Shown here piece by piece: positions 49,785 through 60,400 of a stretch of 64,000 nt of DNA. Within the stretch, counting starts at the first letter, position 1; each line of letters begins with the position of its first letter. This DNA comes from Blasia pusilla. Lineage: Eukaryota. The notes below the pieces were generated by a model, which saw only the letters and a list, made by a program, of their open reading frames with translations, was not told the DNA's origin and did not search any database. The translations under genes were made by a program, and so were the position numbers. The stretch covers positions 37,820,001-37,884,000 of the forward strand of contig CM114271.1 in the NCBI GenBank assembly GCA_050084515.1, written 5' to 3'.

Positions 49785-52454
49785 ATGAATTCAGCGTTGT
49801 GCGGGTACTTAACCTATGGATTCAAAATTTACTCCCGTTGCATGTTTGTTGCGGATCGAGCTAGAGCCCTTCAATCATTTTTCGAAAGATCGTCATCAAT
49901 TAGCATTGTAGCTAATTGTAAGTCAAAATTAGAATAAAAATCTTGAGCTCGACGCTTCCGTGTGTGTGCTAGTGCTAACTGGCCCTGGTTCAACGAGGCT
50001 TAGTCGAGTTAGATCTAAAATCCTGGGGGTTCCATTCGGTGATGAGTTCCTGGTAGAGAGTTTTTATTCCCAATTAGCTCCGGTAAGAGCTTTGATTTCT
50101 CTCAAGCCTAATGGCATCATGGCACCATAGGATGTTTGATTTTGGAAAGTGTACGAGTTCTGATCCCTTCTATGAATGAAAATTGAAAGAATTTACGGCA
50201 CGCTCATTCTATTGTGTACACGCAGTGGATTCCTATTAGCAAGAGTCTCTTGGAACGCATATATGTAAGAAACTTGCTGAATTCTCGCAACTTGGAAAAT
50301 GTCATTTATTCATTAATGAATGAGCAGATCCAATTTAAAGATCACTAGAGGAGGCGTCTCCCGCGGCCTCAAGGAGTTCAACTTGTCTTGTGATTCACGA
50401 GCGTAAACGGGCTTGGGCAGGTCGAGCAACTTGAAATTGTATACAAATTATACTACGATGGCAAGCGAGAGAAAATGATTACGTGGCCATTCGAACGTAC
50501 AGAAAAAGTTGTCACTCATGGGAAACGAGAAGGAGTTCGTGAGTGTAGGCAAAACTTTTTGTGGAAGGTTGAGACTATGGCCACATAAACGAGCGATATG
50601 GTTACGCATCCCAAAGAAGGAATGAATAGGTGTTCGAAGGCGTGGCGTTCGGTCATGAAGGAGCTGCTTCATTTGAGCTAGAAGGCAAGCATGACCACTT
50701 ATCAATCATTGAATAGTTTTCCATTGAAAGCATCTCCCGCTTGCACCAAAGAAGTGAAAGTAATGATGGCGATGGAGAATTTAGCAAATGATCTAGATGC
50801 AGAAGGTAGTTAGAATACGCGAAGTTCTTAAATTGTCTTGCGAGGTTGTATCACTTTTTATAGTCACAACAGTACATGAGATTAATTGTAAAGAAATGTG
50901 GATTGCTAAGTGGAACCATCCGAGTGTAGGACGAGAAGCTCGCTAGATTAGGGCTGAGAGTGTTTTTCTGTCTAAAAGACGGTGTAGTGATTGAAGTAAC
51001 ATTTAGAGCTGTAGAGATTGATCTAATATGCGAAGGATGATGCATCATGCATCTAACCATGAAAGGAGGAACTGAAATGATTCTCAAATAATTATGCGGG
51101 GAAAAGCTGATAAAGTATTGTAAAGAAGCTACACTGGAGCAGTAATCGGCTCAATCTCAGAGGATGTGTAAGCTTTTTGGGTTAATTTGGTCATGAAGAA
51201 CATTTACTCTGTGGATCTTCTTGAAAGTTCTTGCAGAGTGGGCGTAAGTATGGAGACGTGGAAGTCTCCAAGTGTCCACGTGATTGGTTAGATTAGGATA
51301 TGAACCGCCAGGACTTGCAAGTCATGGCTATGGCAAGTCTACCAAGGTCTTGTTCGCGGCTTCAGATGAACTCAAGTCCGGAAAGTAGACTATTGGTTAT
51401 CCCAAACTACAAGACATATTCCTTTCATTTTCTGTCACTCCAGATCAAGAAGCCTACAAATCTACATTTATGGGCAGCATTTGGTCAACTAGACGGCCAT
51501 TTGAAAGCATGATGCCATCCACTCAAGAGGTACAAGAGAAACTTGAGAGATGAAGTTTAAGGTGGTGAACCCTTGAGCCCTTACAGGGAAATTATAAGTG
51601 TTAGTCAAGAAGAAATATGAAGGCTACACTCCCGTAGAGTAAGAATAAGACTTTTGAAGTCAAAAAGGAAAGAAAATGGAAGATGAAAGTCAATTATGGG
51701 GAGCTGCCGTCCAAAAAGTAACAGTGGTATTCAAATCTTGTGGAGGGCCAAAGAATCTTGATAAATATTTGGTCAAGAGAAAATCTCAAGGAAAGAGGAG
51801 ATAATGACTTGAGTAAAATTGACCAAGTAGTAAGAGTGAACAAGGAAGAAGGAAAAAGTCTCTACCTGTCGTGCGCCTACTCTCCTTGAACGTTAATATT
51901 TGTTGTTGCAGAAGCGTGCGTTCAGTAGGTCACACTCTCTACGTAGATCTGCATCCAAACACGCAGTTTGGTTAGTCGGGTCTTGGATCAATCAGCGGGC
52001 TAAATTTTCAAGTTCTCATCAAGCTCAACTTTCCTAGTTTTGCGGTTTATAACACAAGCAAGTCTTGGAAGAATTGGGATAGACTTTGTGGTCGATTCAG
52101 GAACCTCAAACAAAGTTTTGCACGTGGCTATTCCAACTTTCCGATGGACATCCAATGAGTCCCTAACCAAGACTCACAAAAAATGAATCACGGCTTGGAA
52201 TCCAAGTGTGGCGTACAAAGTCCACTCCCTTGGATCAGGTTTGGGTTTCGAGTTCCAACGCCAAACTCCCGTTCCATCCCGTGCCCTTGAGATGCCGTTT
52301 GGTGCTCAAAGTGGGGATTTGTGTTCCAAGACTTCTTGGAGAAACTCCTCCCTTACTAGTACTTACGGGCCTCTCCAATTGGCCCTCAACTCGATTGCTC
52401 TCACAGTCATTTTCGGCCAATATCTCGAGTTTGTACTTATGCGTTTGCTGAGAT

Positions 52455-53090
52455 CCCGACGGACTCCGACGGGTTGGACGATGAAAAAGTTTCAGGAAAA
52501 ATTGCAACCCGTCGGATTGCTATGTGTTGCATGGTGAACTATTTTCAGAACAAAGCAACAACTTGTCGAATTCCAACGGGTTTCATGATGAAATTTTTCC
52601 AAAAAAATATTACAACCCGTCGGATTCCGACGGGTTGCATGATGAACTTTTTTGAGAACAAAATAGCAACTTGTCGCATTTAGACGGGTAACATGATGAA
52701 CATTTTCCAGAAAAAATTGCAACCCGTCGGAATCCGACGGGTTGCATGTATAACTTTCTACAGAAAAATATTGCGACCCGTCGGCTTCCGACGGGTTGCA
52801 AGATGAACTTTTTTCTGAAAAATATTCCAACCCATCAGATTCGACGGGTTGCATGATGAACTTTTTCCATAAAAATATTGCAACCCTTTGACTTTCGATA
52901 CATTGCATGACATAATTTTTTCATAAAAAAATCGCAAGCCGTCAAAATCCGACGGGTTGGAAGCCCGCAGATTCGGACGGTTTGCAAGCCGTTGGATTCA
53001 AACTTCCCGCAATGTGATGGAACTTGTCAGTTCCGACGAGTTTCTTTACCTACGTAATTTGAGCCCCATACAATTTCGACGGCTTGCAAC
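52455..53090. repeat. Palindrome minisatellite, 53-54-bp period, in the transposase intron
   Basis: Palindrome starts at ~52503, 52557, 52611, 52665, 52718 (perfect, 52718-52746), 52772, 52826, 52879 and 52933. Spacers are related (tgatgaactttttccagaaaaatat). Confidence 0.9.
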
Positions 53091-53134
53091 CTTACATTTC
53101 AACCACATATTTGGAAAAAGTGGAGAAAACTCAC

Positions 53135-55111
53135 CTGCCGTATAAAGTTTCCCCATTGCCTCATACGGACGGTCCACCAACTGAGCCACGAACACAACTC
53201 TTTATATTTTCCGTCAATCGCATGCTTTCTCCATCACACATGAAGTTTGTCTTGGCACTCCATGGCTTGTTTCAAGGTTTTGCTATCCCTGCAACGTTGA
53301 AGTAGAGCTATATGCTCTCTTCTCTTATTCTCCTTGATGTAGGATTTTGTGTAGCGAGTCACAGACTGTTGCCAATGGAAAGCATCTAATATTTCCCTTT
53401 CCGGTTGAACTCCTTCCCCCCAGAACACTTCTCGGATTGCAATCCATCCCGGTTGGGCATTTTCTGCCATGAAGCCATATATTTCAGGAGGAGATCTTTT
53501 GTTTTCGTTCACCACCTCCAGCAAGAGTAACCAACACATCTTCAAGCTGCCAACATCTTCCGCTTTCACCTCACAAACAAAAATGGTTTTGAGACCCTTC
53601 TCCACATGGTCATAAACATGTGCATCCATGGTCAACCATCCATTTAATACCTTGTAGCAAATATCAAAGCTAACCCACCTCCCAAATAGATCTTCTCCCT
53701 CCTTGATTCTGTCAATAAGATTGAGGCCGCTAGACGGGCCTGTAGTAGACAATTTGAAGACATAAGCTCTAGATCCCTCGCCTCCTTGGCCCATGAATTG
53801 CCATCTCTGGATGAATGGAAATCGTGAGTTGGCCTTGATCCTAGAAATGGCATCCATCTCCGCGGTCTTTCCATCAAGTATTTGTATTTGACGCAATAAG
53901 TTCCTGAAGCTTTCTGGATCACCCAAGAATGCCAGGTTTTCCCATAGTTGCTTCTCCTCAGCTTCTGTGATATCCCCTTCGCCATGGATACCCAAAAATT
54001 GTTCACAAATTTGTGATAAAGTTGTCAATTTGATCACTCTCGCTTTGATCCTGGAGAATTTTTGTATACCTCGGCCACTTTCTTTGCTACATCCTTCTTG
54101 ATGTATCTCTGAATTGCACCCGTGACAAGATGAGTGTGACACCCAACATGAATTGCCACTCTTGTGTACTTGGACCTTGAACTATAGTTGTGCACTTTGA
54201 AATAAGTAAGCCGGACACGCTCTAACACAGAAAGGGGAGGCTTGACAATGCGGACAACGATGGCCACCGATAGGATGGTCGTACCCACAGCGTAGGGAGT
54301 TTTTGTATTTTTGGGAGGAAATTGGGAAGTATTCACGACTCTGTTTCTCTCGAGGAAGGGGCACCCTGGGCTTCTGCACTCTAAGGCTCCAATAAATTGG
54401 CAACAAGACACAATCCAAGGACCACTAGGGATTGAAGCGCTCATCCGCTACAGTCTGCACCATCGGCGACATTCCGATTTTCGGTCCATTCCCTTCAAGC
54501 GGCCTCCATCTTTCTTTTGAGCAGGATCCACAAGTGGAGGCAGCTCAAAAATGTTGTTCCATCATACGTTGCTGGCAGCTCATCCACGATTATGTGCTTG
54601 ATCAGTTTCAAGGGAAGAGAAGAAAGCAACAAATTCCTCGAAACTCCAAGCAGGAAAAAGTAAGCGGACGTGTTTCCAACAGATCCTGTGAGATCGATGA
54701 CATCCTGGATATCCATAGTCTTAATTGTGGTGTTTCGAGCTTGTGAAAATGGAGTCAATGCAAGATCAGCCGAAGCACCCATGCCAAACATGGAGCATGG
54801 AGCACTCGAAGGTTTTGGACCGTCTTCATGAGTCGTAGTGGTGATCAGGGGTAGGCATTGGAGTAGGGTAAGAGGGTCCACACTCTGTAGCTTCCAATTT
54901 CCGGTTGGACTGTTTCCCTAATGACATCATCCGTTCCATCAACCTTGACATCCTTGGATACAAATATGGTTCCAATCAAGAGAAGAAATAGGAGTGAAAG
55001 GAAATGTTCTTCAACAATTACATGAATGTCATCAGGCTGGGCTCGAATACTCTCCGATTGAGGAAGGCCCGCTAGATGACTGCTACATGTAAGCTTCACA
55101 TAATTGTCCAT
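53135..55111 (-). mobile_element. Mutator/MULE-type DDE transposase with N-terminal GCM/WRKY-fold-like Zn domain, degraded
   Basis: Joined frames read VDELPATYDG/IFELPP...GMDRKSECRRW...IGALECRSPGCPF...N...VAIHVGCHTH (GCM-like). MULE core WVSFDICYKVLNGWLTMDAHVYD...TIFVCEVKAE...GFMAENAQPGWIAIREVF...DAFHWQQS. Reading through the TGA at 53234-53236 gives WRKHAIDGKYKELCSWLSWWTVRMRQWGNFIRQ, then a GTGAGT donor at 53134. Third catalytic residue not found. Confidence 0.75.
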
Positions 55112-55315
55112 TTCGGTCAGACCAACAATAATTGCCCAGATAGAGAAATAAGAATGGGAATGTTGAATTTATAGTGAATAGTGTCCGTTTAAATTTTGAC
55201 AGAATATCTATGACATGTGTTAGGTTGAACCATCGTCGGGTGAGTGGACCTACCAGAAAGGAATATTCGGACATCTTGGTTGATGACTAGTGGGAAAGGC
55301 CTTGTCAGGCTTACT

Positions 55316-56163
55316 TCGACCCGTAGGAGACGGACGGGTTGGAAGGTAGACACTAGGGGAACTTCAACCCGTTGGAGTCCGACGGATTGGAAACGAGGAG
55401 GGATGTCGATGGAACAAACCCTGAACACTAAACGCATCTCGACGTCTAGAATTTTGTCATAATCTATGGGAAAGATGTGGCAGGGGTCCTTCAACCCGTC
55501 GGAGTCCGATGGATTATAAAATGGACAGACTCTGAACACCGGTCCGTCCGGTCCTGCTACCCGCTTACCTAACGGATTCCCCCACCTTCCACAAGTTAGG
55601 CAGCCTGGGTTCCGTGCAACTCGTTGGAGTCCAACGGGTTACACGACCCAGGTTAAATGGACCCCATGCCACCCGCCAAAGTCTGACGGGTTGCACGGGA
55701 CCCTTTCTAGATGGACCCTATGCAACCCGTTATGGTCCAACGGGTTGCAGGAGGTGAGCAAGATGAATTCTCCCCGTGCAACCCGTCGGAGTCCGACGGG
55801 TTGCACGAGAGCCAATTTGGATGGACCCTATGCAACCCGTTGTGGTCCAACGGGTTGCAGGAGGTAGGCAGGATGAATTCTCCCTGTGCAACCCGTCGGA
55901 GTCCGACGGGTTGCACAGGAGCCAGGGTGGATGGACCCTATGCAACCCGTCATGGTCCGACGGGTTGCTAGAACTAGGCAAGATGAATGCTCCCCATGCA
56001 ACCTGTCAGAGTCCGATGGGTTGCACTAGAGCTAGGCTGGATGGACCCTATGCAACCCATCGTGGTCCGACGGGTTGCACGGTGACCTCCTATTCAACCT
56101 GTTGGAGTCCGAAGGGTTGCACAGTGACCTCCTATTCAACCTGTCGGAGTCCGATAGGTTGCA
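55316..56163. repeat. Palindrome array between the two divergent transposon genes, including a 110-bp A/B higher-order repeat
   Basis: A-type copies at 55721, 55831, 55941 and 56051 (preceded by gatggacccta). B-type at 55777, 55887 and 55997 (preceded by gatgaattctccc). 55777-55805 and 55887-55915 are perfect 14+1+14 palindromes. Confidence 0.9.
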
Positions 56164-56490
56164 TAGTTCCCATGTGCCATGCACCGTATACGCAAGATGT
56201 CATCGTCGGACCAACGGTTCCCAAAACCTAATGGTCAGCTCAATGACTAAAAATCTATATAAGGCTTTGATGATGATCATTTCTCTTTCCTTTCCATTGC
56301 ATTTTCAGTAAAAGCGTTTTGAGCAAACACGTGGGTTACTCCGGAAACCGCTTCGCTCGAAGGTACCACCGCTACGATTGACGAAGATTCGAGGGATGAC
56401 GCTTTGAGGGATGACGCTTCGAAGATTGACAGTGAAATTGATTGCTTTACTATAAGCGAAGTGTAGAGCTTTACTTCTTTCACGACCACA

Positions 56491-59400
56491 ATGACGAGGA
56501 AGAAAACTCTAGCATCGAAGGTTGGGAGTGTAACTCCAAAGTCCATCAGAACGCCTGTACCGCCTTCTCTTGGCCCTTGCTCGGTGGTGGACATAAGGCA
56601 ACAAGAGATAGAGGACCGGGAGAGGGAAGCTGAAATGCGCAGGCAAGAGCTAGAGGCTAAGCTTGCGCTGGAGGAACTTGCAAAGCGGAATGCCGAGGTG
56701 GAGGCATCAAAGGCAATGAAAAAAAGGATTGCGGACAAGAAGAGAGAGAAGAAACGTCTCGATGCATCTATTAGGAGGGAAGAATTGGCATAAGCACGGA
56801 GGGAGAAGGCTATCACCGTGGAGGAAGATAGCCTTGTCGGACCTACGGACAACGTTGAGATGGAGGATGCATCCCCGTTGAGGTCGGGCAAAACCCTAAA
56901 CTTGAAAACGTCTGAAGAGCTTGAAGATGCTCAAGAGAAGGAAGAGGAGTCAATGAAGACACCAAGTGTGGAGATGGTGGACATCTCTAAGGAAGCGGGA
57001 GAAGAGTCCTCGTCTTCATTGAGCCGGGTGGAAGAATTTGAGTTCTTCCGCATGGATGAGTTTCCTATGGAGTTGCCTCCTCTTGTCTCAGAGCAGTTGG
57101 CCGGCCTTGACACTTATCCAATTTTTGAGAGGGTAAGGAGTCTTCGACATAACTTACTAAGCTTTGATGATCACTTCGAAAGAAAATTACAACCTATTAA
57201 CCATCACGAAAATTTTTCAGGTTGTAAAGTAGATGGCGGTGGTGGATGGCCACAAGTCCCCCCGAATTCTTCTTTGTCGACTTTGGACCATGGAGTACGT
57301 CCGGGAAATTCAGTCGGACGAGGACATTGCAAAGTTGAAGTATTCAGTTGCCATAACATCTTACTTCGATAGCTTCCTGCCATTCTTCGTGCAGCCTTAT
57401 GATGAACATGGAACACAGTCTCTCGTGACAGAAGAAGACCTGGAGAACATGGACACGTTCTAGAGAATAAGAGACACGAAGTTCATAAGAGTTGTCAGAG
57501 GAACTGAATTCAGGTGGATAATGAACCTAAATTTCTTCATTTGGGATGGAAACCACAGGTTCAGGGCATGGTTCCAATTTTCCGAGGAGCGCCCAAATTT
57601 ATTAGAGGCGCATTTTTGTGTGAGGGCAGTCGTCCTCCATCCCTTTCTGCATCATATGGCCACGGTGTAGATGGTGATGCACTCAATGAATACGTAAGTG
57701 TTTCTTTTTCTCTCTTAGAATTGTTTGCTTGCTGCAACCCGTCGGAGTCCAATGAGTTGCCCAATTCAGCTTACTAGAGTTTGCAATTAATTGTTGGTTA
57801 GAGAGGAAACCAATCGCAACTTGCATGGGCAATTTGGGACACAATACAGCAACCCGTCGGAGTTCGACGGGTTGCCCCATTCAGCTAACTACATTTTATT
57901 TGGAATCATAGGACAACATAATGGAAATCCATCGTATCTTCCATGGACAATTTAGGAAACCATAAAGCAAGTCGTTAAACTCCAATAGGTTTCCTTACGG
58001 TATTTCGGTCCATGTTGCTCAACCGTGTGGCAATCCGTCGGAGACCGACAGGTTGACACAAGACAACTTCGTAGTCGCTTTCTTGGATGATATGTGTGTT
58101 TTGAAACATGTTAGAAGCCGACGGGTTGCAGGGTGGTATTTAAAATTAGAAATTGAAGCCTTATATGCAAATCGTCGGTCTCCGATGGGTTGCATAAGGT
58201 GAAACATTTCTAAGAAGGAGACTCATTTTCAAAAAAAATGCAACCGGTCGGATGCTGACTGGTTACAGACACATTTGTGTTAGCTAAATTAGTGGAATAT
58301 CATTCTATATTTTCCGCATCCTAGGCCTCCTTGCAACCCATCGGATACTGACTGGTTGCAGACACATTTGTGATAGCTAAATTAATGGAATATCATTCTA
58401 TATTTTCGGCATCCTAGGCCTCCTTGCAACCCGTCGGACTCCAACAGGTTGCGAGATCGACTCTGAAATTGACTCCGGTTGACAGCAATGTGGAGCCCAT
58501 CAAACTCTGACAGGTTACGAGATCAAAAGGTTCAACGAATTAACAGCAACCCGTCGGAGTCTGACAAGTTTCAAGAAGGTCATGGATGCCAAAAATAAAC
58601 CATGATATTCCTCCATTCATGTCCAACGGCTATCGATATTGCAACCCGTCGGAGTCTGAAGGGTTGCAAGATTGCTGCCATTTGCTAATAGTTGTGCAAC
58701 TTTTCGAGATCCTGTGGAGGCACAAACTACATTGAACCTTTCTTAGGGCCTTTCTCTTGGATACCGTCGCAGCCCGTTAGAGTCCGACGGGTTGCAATCA
58801 GTCGGCACACGATCTTGTTTGTCATCTTGTGTGCAACGTGACGGAAACTGACGGATTACATTGCAGAATAATTCTCAGTTTGTCTTGACGATTTGCAGGA
58901 TTGTCTCGGAGGGGAACTTGATGCATCATTGGATCCAAAATTGCGATAGGGTCAAGAAGGTGCTTACAACACACCCGACGGAATACAAAGGATTCTTGGG
59001 GCAAGACTTAGTGGATGAGATGCTCGCGAAGGGTACGCAGATCAAGAAGAAGACTTGGGCGGATAGATACATATCCCAAGAGGGAACCGTCATGATTCTG
59101 TGCTGGTCAAAAATTTAGGCTTCCAAGAAAAATGCCACATAGGAGTTGGAGCGGAGGGAAATGTTTTGGCATCGAAGCGAGCAAAGTTCATTCAGACTGC
59201 TATGTCAGCAGTCACCAAGTACACTGCGAGCAAGATGCAGCGGTACATTGGCATCCTCAACCCAGATCTTTGCTAGGACTTCTACAAGGAGTTGAAGGCG
59301 ATCATTAATCGCCAGAGGAAGAGGGACAAAGATCTACAAGGTTGAATTGGGGAAAATGTCTCATTAGACCGCATCCATAGGTTAGAACTTTCAGGAATAT

Positions 59401-59560
59401 CCGAATTTAGGTGGATCCGACTGATGAAAATCAGTCTTGAGGGGACTCAAGCACAAAAACATGTAGCACATCATCCTCCGGGGGTTTCAGACCCTCCTAT
59501 CTCTCATTGGCTGAGAGAATAGTCTTTCTCGGACTGCGGTATGTGGAATTCTCTGTTCAA
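56491..59560 (+). pseudogene. Spliced gene: coiled-coil/acidic N-terminus plus ParB/Srx-like domain; exons ~56491-57132, 57221-57693 and 58899-~59560
   Basis: Phase-consistent introns 57133-57220 (GTAAGG..TTTTTCAG) and 57694-58898 (GTAAGT..TTTGCAG). Reads RILLCRLWTMEYVREIQSDEDIAKLK...FFVQ...FFIWDGNHRFRAW (DGNHR at 57545-57559)...MHSMNT-IVSEGNLMHHWIQ. Several TAG/TAA stops. Truncated by Copia. Confidence 0.7.
57733..58860. repeat. Palindrome cluster (~14 copies) filling the large intron of the ParB-like gene
   Basis: e.g. gcaacccgtcggagttcgacgggttgc (57849-57875). A 93-bp palindrome+spacer unit is duplicated at 58239 and 58332. Confidence 0.85.
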
Positions 59561-60400
59561 TTCGGGCTTCAATTTGAACCTTCTCCGAGTTTACAATTAC
59601 AAGAATTCACAGATGCTGATTGGGCAAGAAGCGTGTCTGATGGACACTCCATATGTGGTTATTCATTTACTTTGGGAAGCCCAATTATAAGCTGGGCTTC
59701 AAAGAAGCAACCTATAGTTGCTTTATCTTCAAGAGAGGCTGAATACAAATGAGCAACCAATGCAGCATGTGAGGCGGTGTGGCTTTATCAATTACTTATT
59801 GAGATTGGTATTAGTAACTTAAGACCTAGTGTAATATATGGAGAAAATATTAGTAGCATCAAACTTGCTAATAACCCTATGTTTCATGCTTGTACAAAGC
59901 ATGTTGAGATGCACTATCATTTTATGAGAGAGAAAATGCTTGCAAGAGAAATTGATCTTGTGTATGTAGGTATAGATCAGCAAATTGCTTACGTCTTTAC
60001 AAAGGCATTGTCTAGAGATAAGTTTGAGATGTTTAGAAACAATTTAGGCGTTACAGATCTTGATATGAGCTTGAGAGGGAGTATTGAAGATTGAGTTACA
60101 CACAAGATCATGAGATATTTGAACTGCTATATTTGGTACTCATGCAAAGTAGGGAAGCTTAATCTTGGTTAGTCAGTGAAGTGCGCTTATCTTAACTAAG
60201 GTTAGTCAATCACAATTAGTCTAACCATAGACTATGGTTAAGATTAGGGTTAGGGTTGCTTGTACATACCCTATATAATTGAGAAGGGGATCACCCTCCA
60301 CTCATTCTCTCATTGCAAAATTTAATTCTCCACGGTGGTGAGTGAGTGTGAGAGCCGTTTCCCAGCAGTTATGCTTCTTGAGCAATTTTCTACATATTCA
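59560..60400 (+). mobile_element. Ty1/Copia RNase H, PPT and 3' LTR (duplicate of 25590-26411)
   Basis: FTDADWARSVSDGHSICGYSFTLGSPIISWASKKQPIVALSSREAEYK, TKHVEMHYHF, PPT gagagggagtat followed by TG at 60085. Confidence 0.85.

Noticed and set aside
51505-52450. Left terminus/TIR or last transposase exon of the composite element
   Set aside because: No inverted repeat matching ~31100, no TSD, and no recognisable third catalytic motif; probably deleted or rearranged.
52455-56163. CRISPR array (29-bp palindromic repeats with ~25-bp spacers)
   Set aside because: Spacers within each array are homologous or alternate A/B, the repeats are degenerate, no cas genes are present, and the context is eukaryotic introns.
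55707-56231. Repetitive ORFs (CNPSESDGL.., ATRRSPTGC..), also 52474-52908
   Set aside because: Translations of the stop-poor palindrome arrays appearing in several frames on both strands.
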